From NCBI GenBank assembly GCA_021413925.1, contig JAIOPL010000023.1:13640-77639 (forward strand): 64,000 bases of DNA. The letters run 5' to 3'. The stretch's first letter is position 1; the number at the start of each line of letters is the position of its first letter. The translations under genes and the position numbers were made by a program. Positions 8,385 through 17,178 of this stretch are shown piece by piece. A model generated the notes under the pieces. That model ran no database searches, was not told where the DNA came from, and saw nothing but the letters and a program-made list of their open reading frames with translations. This stretch comes from Verrucomicrobiota bacterium (GTDB taxonomy: Bacteria; Verrucomicrobiota; Verrucomicrobiia; Chthoniobacterales; UBA6821).

Positions 8385-9731
8385 TCAAAAAACAGATTCC
8401 GCTTCGTTTTTGTAGGCTTGTGCGAGGAGCGTGACCGGTTGGGTAACCCGGATGTCCGAACAGGAGCGCTTCAGCCCGTTAGCCAACTGCAGATGGCAAC
8501 CGGGATTGCAGGTGGCCACGACGGCCGCTCCGGTGGCTTCGATGTGGCCGACTTTCCTCTGCTGAAGCGTGGCGGCCGTTTCAGGCTGGGTGATGTTGTA
8601 GACCCCGGCACTGCCGCAGCACCAGTTGGACTCCGTGAGCTCGACCAGCTTCACCCCCGGGATCGACCTGAGAATCTCACGCGGTTGCTTGGTGATCTTC
8701 TGGCCGTGGCAGAGGTGGCAGGCCTCGTGGTAGGTGACCTCGCGGAGCGCTTCGTTGTTACCGGTCTTTGCCTCCGGAATCCGGAATCCAATCTCCACGA
8801 GCCACTCGTTGATATCCTTGAGCTTCCGGTCCCATTCCGCGGCACGCCCCGCATAGGCGGGATCCCCGGCAAGGAGACGGCCGTAGGTCTTGAGATGGGA
8901 TCCGCATCCGGCAGCGTTGGTGATGATGGCGTCGAAGTCGAAAGGATCGAACTGGTCGATCATCCGCCGAGCCAAAACACAGGCGGTTGCAGACTCTCCG
9001 TTGTGAGCATGGAGCGACCCGCAGCACGACTGCACGGCGGGTGTCACGACTTCGCAGTCGTTAGCCAGCAGGACATCGGCAGTGTCCCGATTGATGTCGG
9101 CAAAGACCAGATCCTGCACGCAACCCGTAAGCAAGCCCACGCGGTAGCGCTTATCTCCCTTTGGGGCCTCGACGGGACGGATCATCTGATGGGAGAAGCG
9201 CGGAAGAACGAGGGGCGTCTGAGGCTCGAGCGTGCGAAGTCTTCCCGGTAGCAGTCGGGTCAATCCCAGGGCGCGCATCATCGACTGGGCGCCACTTGCC
9301 TGGAAGATCCAGAGAAGCCGCCCCACCAGACGCAGGAGGCGCGGTCGGGTGAAGAGCACGCGCAGGAGCAGGGAGCGGACGACCGAACGGGTCGGCGAGG
9401 CCATGACGCCGGAACGCTCGACATCGGCACGCGCCACCTCGAAAAGGTGCGCGTAGTCGACACCAGCCGGACAGGCGGTCTCACAGGCCAAGCAACCAAG
9501 GCAGTAGGACATCTCCTCACCGAATGCCCGCGAGAGTTTCAGCTTGTCGTCGGCGATGGCCCGCATGAGGGCGATGCGTCCGCGGGGGCTATGCTTTTCG
9601 TTCTTGGTGACGTCGTAGGTCGGGCAGGTGGGAAGGCACATCCCGCAGTGCATACACTGCTGGAGGACGGAATAATCGAGGTTTTTGAGCGTCTCTCCTC
9701 CGGGAGGCAAGACCTGAGTTTGCGTATTCAC
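8385..9731 (-). CDS. glcF: glycolate oxidase Fe-S subunit-like protein (2x[4Fe-4S] plus two CCG domains)
   Basis: CMHCGMCLPTCP and CLGCLACETACP ferredoxin motifs, followed by Cys-rich CCG-type repeats. Its start has a 4-bp overlap with the stop of glcD. Confidence 0.8.
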   Translation of the reverse strand: MNTQTQVLPPGGETLKNLDYSVLQQCMHCGMCLPTCPTYDVTKNEKHSPRGRIALMRAIADDKLKLSRAFGEEMSYCLGCLACETACPAGVDYAHLFEVARADVERSGVMASPTRSVVRSLLLRVLFTRPRLLRLVGRLLWIFQASGAQSMMRALGLTRLLPGRLRTLEPQTPLVLPRFSHQMIRPVEAPKGDKRYRVGLLTGCVQDLVFADINRDTADVLLANDCEVVTPAVQSCCGSLHAHNGESATACVLARRMIDQFDPFDFDAIITNAAGCGSHLKTYGRLLAGDPAYAGRAAEWDRKLKDINEWLVEIGFRIPEAKTGNNEALREVTYHEACHLCHGQKITKQPREILRSIPGVKLVELTESNWCCGSAGVYNITQPETAATLQQRKVGHIEATGAAVVATCNPGCHLQLANGLKRSCSDIRVTQPVTLLAQAYKNEAESVF

Positions 9732-11128
9732 GCGGCAGGGGATGGATCGAAGATTTTCCCGGGATTGAGGATGCCCCGGGGATCGAAAGCGCGCTTCATG
9801 CGGCGCATGACCTCGACATTGAGTTCCCCGATGGCTCCAGGAAGGAAGGCCTTCTTGGCAACCCCGACGCCATGCTCTCCCGTGATGGTGCCGCCGAGTT
9901 CCACGGCCTTGGCGAAGATCTCCTTCATCGCCACCTCCACACGGTGCATCTGCTCTTCATCCTTTTCGTTGGTGAGGAAGGTGGGGTGCAGGTTGCCGTC
10001 ACCCATGTGGCCGAATGTTCCGATCCGGAGCTGGTGACGCTCCGCCACCTCCTGAATGTGACGGACCATCTCTGGAAGGCGGTCGCGAGGGACCGTGGCG
10101 TCCTCGAGGATGGTGGTCGGTCCGACGCGGGCGAGCGCCGAGAAGGCGGTGCGGCGCGCGGCGGCTAGTCCGGCCGCCTGTTCCTGCGTGGAGGCGGTTT
10201 CCACAGAGGAGGCCCCGTGTGCGAGGGCGATCTCCTTCATGGCGGCGGCCTCCTCCTCGACGGCGGCGGGATGTCCGTCGCTCTCGATGAGCAGAAGCGC
10301 CTCGGCTTCACGGGGAAGTCCGATGGATGCGTAATCCTCGACACAGTTGATGGTGACGCGGTCGAGGAACTCCAGGGTGCACGGGATGATCTTCGCGGAG
10401 ATGATCGCCGAGACGGTGCGCGCGGCGTTCTCCATGTCGTCGTAGACGGCAAGCATCGTTTTCCGCGCGGCCGGAGGCGGGATGAGTTTCAGTAGGACCT
10501 TGGTGATGACCCCGAGGGTTCCCTCCGAACCGATGAAGAGATCGCGCAGACTGTAGCCCGCCACATCTTTCACGCACTTGTTCCCCGTCCAGATCACCTC
10601 GCCGTCGGGAAGGACCACCTCCAGACCCATCACGTAGTTGCGGGTCACCCCGTACTTGAGGCCGCGGAGACCGCCGGAGTTCTCCGCCACGTTTCCCCCG
10701 ATCGTGGAGATCTTCATGGAGCCAGGATCCGGCGGGTAGAAGAGACCGGCCCCGGAGGCCGCCTCGGCGATCGCTGCGGTGATGGCACCCGCCTCGGCAA
10801 GCAGGGTCAGATTAGCCGGGTCCAGCTCGAGAATCCTGTTCATCTGAGAGAGGCAAAGAAGGATGCACCCAGGACTCGGGAGGCTTCCTCCGCTCAGACC
10901 GGTGCCCGATCCCCGAGTGACCACAGGGATGCCGTGCGACGATGCGTATCGGAGCACTTCGGAGATCTGTTCGGTCGATCGGGCAAAGACCACCACACTG
11001 GGGACCTGCTGGAGCGCGGCCGTGCCGTCGTAGGAATAGGCTAAGAGTTCCTCGGCTTCCGATCTGACGTCCAGGTCCGGAAGGATCCTCAGGAGTTCCC
11101 CGCGCAACGAGGAGTTGTCGTTTGTCAT
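9728..11128 (-). CDS. glcD: FAD-linked oxidase, GlcD/D-lactate dehydrogenase family
   Basis: FAD-binding PCMH domain (VVTRGSGTGLSGGS) and C-terminal GTITGEHGVGVAK. I chose the start at ATG 11128 (MTNDNSS). Confidence 0.85.
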   Translation of the reverse strand: MTNDNSSLRGELLRILPDLDVRSEAEELLAYSYDGTAALQQVPSVVVFARSTEQISEVLRYASSHGIPVVTRGSGTGLSGGSLPSPGCILLCLSQMNRILELDPANLTLLAEAGAITAAIAEAASGAGLFYPPDPGSMKISTIGGNVAENSGGLRGLKYGVTRNYVMGLEVVLPDGEVIWTGNKCVKDVAGYSLRDLFIGSEGTLGVITKVLLKLIPPPAARKTMLAVYDDMENAARTVSAIISAKIIPCTLEFLDRVTINCVEDYASIGLPREAEALLLIESDGHPAAVEEEAAAMKEIALAHGASSVETASTQEQAAGLAAARRTAFSALARVGPTTILEDATVPRDRLPEMVRHIQEVAERHQLRIGTFGHMGDGNLHPTFLTNEKDEEQMHRVEVAMKEIFAKAVELGGTITGEHGVGVAKKAFLPGAIGELNVEVMRRMKRAFDPRGILNPGKIFDPSPAA

Positions 11129-11156
11129 GAGTGGATAGGGTATCAATGCTGTTTCC

Positions 11157-12167
11157 CTACACAAAACCAAAACGGTCAGCCAGCCCGAGGCACTCTGGGA
11201 GCGGTTTCATTCCATTGGATGTGGTCGCATCGCTGAGTGAGGCGGCGGCGGCGCAGACACCGTAAAGGAGAGCCCTCGCAGGTGTCTCCCCCTCGTGAAT
11301 CGCCAAGAGGGCACCGGCGGCGAAGGCATCGCCTGCCCCGACAGTGCCTCGGATCCAACCGTCGGGAAGGCGGAGCGAACTTTGGTGGAACTCCCCTCCC
11401 CCGGGAGTGAATGCGGCGGCACCCTCAGGGAAATGGAGGAACACCGCCCCCCTCACACCGGCATCGAGGAGACGCCGTGCCGCGAGCGGGAGGTTCTCCC
11501 TCAGGAGCCTCTCCCCGTCGCGGAGTGGGATTCCCGTGGTGCGCTGCGCCTCGAACTCGTTGACGAAGCAGAAATCGACCTCCGGCAGGGCCGCGTTGAC
11601 GATCCCGGCGAAGCGGTCGGAGTCCTCGCTGACCACGTCGACTGAGGTCAGGAAGCCTGCCTTTCGCGCCGAGGCGAGCAAGGCCGCCCCCGCTGTGCTA
11701 CCGCCCGGAACGGTGGCATCAAGGCGGTCGAGCAGCAGGAGATATGCGAGATGGAAGATGCGCGCCCCCGAGGCGGCGAGGTCAAAGTGCTCAGGCCCGA
11801 GCAGTGCGTTGGTGCCGCGCTGGTGGAAAAAAGTCCGCCGACCCGTGTCACGGACAGTCATGACATCAGTGTAGGAGGTGGGAGCCTTGTCAGTGGAATG
11901 AAGGCCGGAGGCGCCGATCCCGAAGGCGTCGCACTCGCGGAGGATCCACTGCCCGGCATCGTCATCTCCGATGAGCCCCGCACCCTCCAGGGGGAAAGGT
12001 GCCTTCATCAGGGCAAGATCCTTCAGGACGTTGAAGGGGCCTCCGCCGTTGCAGCGGGACTCAGTGAGGATGTTCGCCAGGGTGTCCTGGGCCGGATAGA
12101 CGTCGGTGATCTTCACCTGGTCGACAATCCAGTTGCCGGCGGCGAGTATTCCTTTGCGGGCGCTCAT
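11157..12167 (-). CDS. PfkB-family sugar kinase
   Basis: Ribokinase-like fold with the C-terminal anion-hole motif GTVGAGDAFAAG. ATG 12167 overlaps the upstream stop (ATGA). Confidence 0.8.
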   Translation of the reverse strand: MSARKGILAAGNWIVDQVKITDVYPAQDTLANILTESRCNGGGPFNVLKDLALMKAPFPLEGAGLIGDDDAGQWILRECDAFGIGASGLHSTDKAPTSYTDVMTVRDTGRRTFFHQRGTNALLGPEHFDLAASGARIFHLAYLLLLDRLDATVPGGSTAGAALLASARKAGFLTSVDVVSEDSDRFAGIVNAALPEVDFCFVNEFEAQRTTGIPLRDGERLLRENLPLAARRLLDAGVRGAVFLHFPEGAAAFTPGGGEFHQSSLRLPDGWIRGTVGAGDAFAAGALLAIHEGETPARALLYGVCAAAASLSDATTSNGMKPLPECLGLADRFGFV

Positions 12168-12739
12168 GCGGTTTTGTCGCTGAGGAGCTGGAGAAGCGAG
12201 GGCTCGTCCTCCTCGAGATCCGGATAACGGCCGACATCGGGATTGACAAAGAAGTTGTCGTTGAGATCGTCGTTTGCCGTCGAGACCTCGCCGATGATGC
12301 ACTCGTCGCTGAGGGGGTAAAACGCGTGGTAAACACCCGGAACTAGCGTGACCCGGGATCCTGCTGGAAGTTCGATGATCTCACCCGATTTGACCGTGAC
12401 AGCCTCGTGGTTGATCGGCATGGAGAATTCGCGCTCCCCGCTCTCGTCGGGAACACCGTCCCAGACCTGAACGGCGAGACGACCCCAACGGCAGATGATG
12501 TCCTCCTTTTTTTTGCGATGGCAATGGGCCGGAGTTGTCATGTCCTTCCGCGCATACATGAGCTTTTCACAGTATTCCGGCTCCTCCGCAAGGTTCACAA
12601 GGACGAGCCCGAAGCGGCGCCAATCACCGAGTCCAAAATCGGTGACATCCCAGCGCGGACTAGGAGGGAGGGCCCATTCGTGGACCTGGAAACAAGTTTG
12701 GGCGGAGCGGATGAGGGAGTTGATTTCGCTGCGTTTCAT
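12164..12739 (-). CDS. D-lyxose/D-mannose ketol-isomerase-like cupin
   Basis: MKRSEIN...WDVTDFGLG...YCEKLMYARKDMTTPAHCHRKKKEDIICR...GEVSTANDDLNDNFF matches my recollection of the Lyx_isomer (YdaE-type) family along its full length. Confidence 0.7.
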   Translation of the reverse strand: MKRSEINSLIRSAQTCFQVHEWALPPSPRWDVTDFGLGDWRRFGLVLVNLAEEPEYCEKLMYARKDMTTPAHCHRKKKEDIICRWGRLAVQVWDGVPDESGEREFSMPINHEAVTVKSGEIIELPAGSRVTLVPGVYHAFYPLSDECIIGEVSTANDDLNDNFFVNPDVGRYPDLEEDEPSLLQLLSDKTA

Positions 12740-13878
12740 GGGGTGTTTTTGTAGAGGAAGGGTAAGTCGAGTTTCACGGGAATACGACGTCCCGAGGGGG
12801 AGACAAGGGTGACCCCGTCGGAACCGGGGACGATCCTCTTGACCCGTTCAAAATCGCGCGGTATAGCCGCGACGGCCATGATGTAGTTCACGGCCGTTGG
12901 TTTTTTCGGATCAAGGGAGGCGACGGTTTTGAATCCCCCTCGGCTGATGGGATTCGGTTTTTCGGCCGGGGAGACGCCTAGGAAAAAATAGGATGTCACA
13001 TCCTCGAGTCCCATCACGTTGACGTGACGGCCATTCCAGGGGGCATAGTGACGTCCCCCGTTGGAGATCCAGAAGACGGAACTTTGCAGCACGCGCGGAT
13101 CCTTGAGCGAGAACCACACATAGCCCTCCTTTGGAAAGGCCGCTGCCGTCCATGCAAAATCCGGACGTTCCTCATGGACAATCTGCACGATGTCCTCGAA
13201 TCCCCTACGGGCGGGATACCTGCTGAGGTCGGTGTACCCGCCCTGCGCCAGAGGGACGCGATCCAGGCGCTTGAAAGTGGCGGAGGGTTTCAGGGAATTG
13301 TAACCTCCACGGGCAGGATCCTCGAATGTCCCCGGAAAAGTCCACCCCCCTGCGATCCGACTGGTGCTGATGCGGCCGCTCCCTTCCTCGTCGGGAAACT
13401 TCAGCATCGCATGGTGTCCGAAAGTCATGTTGCCCTTCATGCCCCGGAGCACATGACGGGAGTAGACCGCAGTCTCACCGTTTTTCAGGCTTAGGAACTT
13501 ATCCACATGCCCGGGCCGGACTTTGGTGCCGAGCGAGAGGTGGAGATGAACCCCCTCATCGCCGCGCCTCAGGGACTCGAACTTCCAGATCGAATTCGCA
13601 GTTTCACCATGGGACTGATGCAACTCGCCACGATAGGGCTTCTCATCGGCGCCGAACGGGGAGCAGAAAAAATCTCCGCGCAACGCCTTCAGGATCGAGG
13701 GAGTGCCCGCGTCGATTTGCTCCTCAGCCCATGGGGCAATGGAAAACGGGGCAACCTCCCTTGATCCCAGTCGGAAGGTCACAGGGCCAAGATGCCCCCC
13801 GAGCCGGGTCACGGCTGCATTCACGGTGTCCGTGGAAAACTTCCACGAAGGCTGACCGTGAATGAGCGGTGTTCTCAC
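12736..13878 (-). CDS. hypothetical protein of the sugar cluster (possibly an aldose-epimerase-like beta-sandwich)
   Basis: 380-aa ORF with a GTG start. It is translationally coupled to its neighbours (ATGA overlap at 12736-12739). I recognise no motif, so the fold suggestion is a guess. Confidence 0.55.
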   Translation of the reverse strand: MRTPLIHGQPSWKFSTDTVNAAVTRLGGHLGPVTFRLGSREVAPFSIAPWAEEQIDAGTPSILKALRGDFFCSPFGADEKPYRGELHQSHGETANSIWKFESLRRGDEGVHLHLSLGTKVRPGHVDKFLSLKNGETAVYSRHVLRGMKGNMTFGHHAMLKFPDEEGSGRISTSRIAGGWTFPGTFEDPARGGYNSLKPSATFKRLDRVPLAQGGYTDLSRYPARRGFEDIVQIVHEERPDFAWTAAAFPKEGYVWFSLKDPRVLQSSVFWISNGGRHYAPWNGRHVNVMGLEDVTSYFFLGVSPAEKPNPISRGGFKTVASLDPKKPTAVNYIMAVAAIPRDFERVKRIVPGSDGVTLVSPSGRRIPVKLDLPFLYKNTP

Positions 13879-13890
13879 GGGGGTGCGGGA

Positions 13891-15018
13891 TTAGGGAAGA
13901 GTGACGGAGTTCTTCGTTTCCTGGGATTTCAGCGCGGCCTCGAAGAACTCATGACTGCGAACTGCCTCCTCCGGAGTCACGCACCCGAAACGGCCCTCAA
14001 GGATCCCGGCACGCTCGGCGATGTAGGCCGCCCACATCTGCAGGAAGCAATCCGGGAAGCCAGGCTCGAAGATGCCGCCGGTGATGGTCGGGAACGGGCC
14101 GTGGAACCCAAGGTCGGTCTTTTGCCAGAGTTGCTCCTTGCCTCGATGGAATGTCCAGAGCGTCTTGGGCTCCTTGGTGCTGAATTTCACGCCGCCGTCG
14201 GTGCCGAGGATCTCGATGAACCACGTGTTTGTCTCGCTAGGGGCGAGGCGTTTCATCTCGAAGCGGACGGGAACCTCGCTGCCGTCGATCTCCACATCGG
14301 TGTGCAGCATCGCATTGTCCCAGGTGTCGCAGGTGGCGGTGCCGCCTTTGCCATCCGGACGTTCGTGGTAGATCTTCTGGAGTTGGGCGTAGACGCGCTT
14401 CGGATTCCAACCGAGGCGGAAGGGCACGTGGACGGCATGCATGCCAAGGTCGCCCATCACGCCGATCTCGCCGCAGGTCTTGACCTGGCGCTTCCAGTTC
14501 GCGGGCTTGGTGGGATCCAGGTCGCTGCTGTGGTGGAAGCCCGAATGAATTTCCAAAACCTTCCCCAGTTTCCCTTCGCGTGCGATCTGGTAGGCTCTCT
14601 GCGCGCCTGGAAGGAAGGGGAATTCCGAGCTGCAACGAACAAAACGGCCCGAGGATTTCGCCGCCTCGGCAATCGCGCGGGCGGCTTTCAGGTCGATGCC
14701 GAAGGGCTTCTCGGCGAGAAGGTCCTTTCCAGCCTTGAGCACGTCGAGATAGATCGTCTCGTGCATGTTGTGCGGCACGGCCACATAGACGACATCCACA
14801 TCAGGGCTCGCCAGAAGCTCGTGATAGTCGGCGGTGAGCAGCTTGACCGAGGGGATCCTGCGGAACCACTCACGCTGTTTTTCGGCGAGATCACAGACCG
14901 CCGTCAGTTCTGCCTGAACGGGAAAGTTCTCCAGGACAAACCAGCGTGAGAGTGCGCTCGCGACCTCGCGGCCCATGAGGCCGCCTCCGATAATTCCGAT
15001 GCGGGTGGTGTTGCTCAT
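13891..15018 (-). CDS. Gfo/Idh/MocA-family NAD(P)-dependent oxidoreductase
   Basis: Rossmann N-terminus RIGIIGGGLMGREV and the EKP motif (DLLAEKP). Confidence 0.85.
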   Translation of the reverse strand: MSNTTRIGIIGGGLMGREVASALSRWFVLENFPVQAELTAVCDLAEKQREWFRRIPSVKLLTADYHELLASPDVDVVYVAVPHNMHETIYLDVLKAGKDLLAEKPFGIDLKAARAIAEAAKSSGRFVRCSSEFPFLPGAQRAYQIAREGKLGKVLEIHSGFHHSSDLDPTKPANWKRQVKTCGEIGVMGDLGMHAVHVPFRLGWNPKRVYAQLQKIYHERPDGKGGTATCDTWDNAMLHTDVEIDGSEVPVRFEMKRLAPSETNTWFIEILGTDGGVKFSTKEPKTLWTFHRGKEQLWQKTDLGFHGPFPTITGGIFEPGFPDCFLQMWAAYIAERAGILEGRFGCVTPEEAVRSHEFFEAALKSQETKNSVTLP

Positions 15019-15024
15019 GGTTGT

Positions 15025-15855
15025 TTACTTGAGAAACTTTGCGGCTTCCGTGGCCGATGCCCCGTCGTGGACGATGGCCATCAGCGCGGCCACCATGCCG
15101 GCGGGGTTCGGGTGTTGGACAACATTGCGGCCGTACACGATACCGGAAACTCCCTGCTGCATGAGCGCCTCGGTGCGTGCGAGGATCTCTGCATCGGGAG
15201 CCTTACCGCCGCCGCGGACAAGAACCGGAATGCCGCCCGCAGCCTCGACGACCTTGTGGTAATTCGAGACATCGTCGGTCGGATCGGCCTTGATCACATC
15301 CGCGCCAAGTTCCACCGCCTGGCGGACGAGGTGCTGGATCTTCACGAGATCGCCGTCGACCATATAGCCGCCGGCCTCGCTGTTGGGGCGGAAGACAAGC
15401 GGTTCCACCATCATCGGCATGCCGTAGTGGTCGCTCTCAAGCTTGAGGGAGCAGATGTTGTCGATGCACTGGTTGGTGACGCCGGGGGCGCCGGGAATTT
15501 GAAAGAGATTCACGCACATGCATGCGGCGTCGAGGCGGACGGCCTGTAGGGAGGGTTCCTTGATCATCGCGCTGAGGGCCTCCACGGGAAGCTCGCGACC
15601 GTAGACATTGGCGACGTCAGTGCGGAGGACGAGCGATGGTTTCTGGCGTCCGGGGATAGCCTGGAGGTGGCGGGCCTGGCCGACGGTAAGTTGGACGGCG
15701 TCGGGAGCGGCCTTGACCACGGTCTCCACAGCCTTGGCCATGTCCTCGATCCCCGTGAGGAAGCCGGGCTGGTTGAAGAAGCCGTGATCGATGGCTACAT
15801 CGAAGCAGCGGCCGGATTTGGAGTTGAAGAGGCGGTTGAGTCGGTGGGACTTCAT
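15025..15855 (-). CDS. class I aldolase, DhnA/LsrF/DeoC-like family
   Basis: FDVAIDHG..., with VIKADPTDD containing the probable Schiff-base Lys, then PVLVRGGGK and IVYGRNV. I chose the start at ATG 15855 (MKSHRL). Confidence 0.75.
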   Translation of the reverse strand: MKSHRLNRLFNSKSGRCFDVAIDHGFFNQPGFLTGIEDMAKAVETVVKAAPDAVQLTVGQARHLQAIPGRQKPSLVLRTDVANVYGRELPVEALSAMIKEPSLQAVRLDAACMCVNLFQIPGAPGVTNQCIDNICSLKLESDHYGMPMMVEPLVFRPNSEAGGYMVDGDLVKIQHLVRQAVELGADVIKADPTDDVSNYHKVVEAAGGIPVLVRGGGKAPDAEILARTEALMQQGVSGIVYGRNVVQHPNPAGMVAALMAIVHDGASATEAAKFLK

Positions 15856-15893
15856 GGGATCGTGGTGGGTTGTTTGATGTGTTTTCCGGATGA

Positions 15894-16670
15894 TTAGGCG
15901 GCACGGGCCGCCGTTCCCGCTCCGGAGGACGGGATGTGAATGTGTAGATGACGTGGGAGAGGTTCCCTCGGGCGGCGATCCGTGACCAGGTCGGTGAACT
16001 CCTCCCATCCCGCGAAACGAACCAGGCTGGGCTGATCCCACTTGGAGGAATCGGCCAGAAGCACGCGGCGGCGCGCACGCTGCAGGAGGGTCTGCTTGAA
16101 AGCCGACTCGGAGAGTTCCGTCGTGCTCGCTCCGGAACCTGCTACTAGCCCCGAGGCTCCTACAAAGGCGACGGCACCCTGCAGGCGGTCAAGCATTCCG
16201 AGCGACGCGGCCCCAGTCAGGGCCCCGCTCACCCTGCGGAGCTCACCTCCCAGGCAGATAAGTCGGCAACGCCCGTGGCGACCAGCCTCGAGCAGGGGAA
16301 GGGAATTGGTCACCAGAGTCACGTCCTCGCGGCCGAGCAGATTAAGCGCGGCCTGTAGACAGGTTGATCCTGCATCTACCAGTACGCAGTCACCCGCCTT
16401 CACCAGAGCAGAGGCAAGCCGGCCGATCGCTTTCTTTGCGGTCTGCCTGCTGGCTGAGCGCTCATCGAGCGACATCTCACCACGCAGGTGGGCTGGATCC
16501 AGAATACCTCCGTGAACACGCACAAGTTCCCCTGCATGTGCAAGCGCTGTCAGATCCCGTCGGAGTGTGGCAGCCGAGACATCCAACCGACTCCTGAGCT
16601 CGTCGAAGGACAGGCGACCCTGCTGCCGGAGCAGCCTAAGAATGAAATGGGAGCGCTCGTGAGCGAACAT
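15894..16670 (-). CDS. DeoR/GlpR-family transcriptional regulator
   Basis: N-terminal HTH (ERSHFILRLLRQQGRLSFDELRSRLDVSAATLRRDL) plus a DeoR C-terminal sensor domain. Confidence 0.85.
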   Translation of the reverse strand: MFAHERSHFILRLLRQQGRLSFDELRSRLDVSAATLRRDLTALAHAGELVRVHGGILDPAHLRGEMSLDERSASRQTAKKAIGRLASALVKAGDCVLVDAGSTCLQAALNLLGREDVTLVTNSLPLLEAGRHGRCRLICLGGELRRVSGALTGAASLGMLDRLQGAVAFVGASGLVAGSGASTTELSESAFKQTLLQRARRRVLLADSSKWDQPSLVRFAGWEEFTDLVTDRRPREPLPRHLHIHIPSSGAGTAARAA

Positions 16671-16733
16671 GACGATATGTGATTTTTACGCTCATTTCAG
16701 CAAGAGGGTCAAGAACTCCTATCAACACTCAAC

Positions 16734-16940
16734 TCAAAATATCCAATTGATGGCATCCTTCGCCCGCCTCGACCGGAGACATCTGTAATCGCGTGGTGCC
16801 ATTCCGAGAAGGTCGCGGAAGCTCCGGTTAAAGTTCGCGAGGTTTTTGAACCAGCATGTTCCGGGTATCAACGTGATGGGAAGGTCCTCCTCAAGCAGGA
16901 CCCGGCCATGATTGAAGAAGCACTGGTTCCTTTGGGCGAT
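16734..16940 (-). pseudogene. AraC-family regulator remnant (only the C-terminal second HTH)
   Basis: My translation gives ...NHGRVLLEEDLPITLIPGTCWFKNLANFNRSFRDLLGMAPRDYRCL...*. This matches the AraC signature F-x-R-x-F-x3-G-x-x-P-x-x-Y-R. The frame is closed by a stop at 16941-16943 and has no start codon. Confidence 0.5.
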
Positions 16941-17178
16941 TCACGATTTTTCGGTCATCCTCCGGAAGAACCGACATAAAGATCCCGGGAGTGAGGCTTA
17001 CTGCCCAGTGTCCTTTTCACTCTTTAACCTTCTAAACCTTATAACCGAGCCAAGGATACGGAGCACATGCCTCTGCCCGCCCCTTCCTGATTTGGCTTGC
17101 CTGGCCGTTGCTACGCATACGTTACGTCCACTCTCCTGATAAAAATTCTCCACGAATGAGCGAGCACCCGCCAGATTT

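Noticed and set aside
13792-14949. Very long ORFs antisense to real genes. Examples are 13792-14949 (385 aa), 19646-20680 (344 aa, opposite ilvC), 20705-21844 (379 aa, opposite fbaB), 39220-40317 (365 aa, opposite mgtA), 8355-9251, 17338-18165, 32035-32808, 32854-33651, 58382-59104 and 59558-60274.
   Set aside because: For the four ORFs I checked (13792, 19646, 20705 and 39220), the antisense frame is in the same codon register as the sense gene. Antisense stop codons would therefore require sense TTA, CTA or TCA codons, which are avoided in these GC-rich, highly expressed genes. The translations are compositionally odd (rich in G, D, L, V, E, H and R) with no motifs, while the sense strands encode unmistakable conserved proteins.
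16912-17139. 75-aa plus-strand ORF in the DeoR-fbaA gap.
   Set aside because: It has no recognisable features and an ATT/TTG-type weak start context. It lies in a region better explained as non-coding with an AraC remnant on the other strand.
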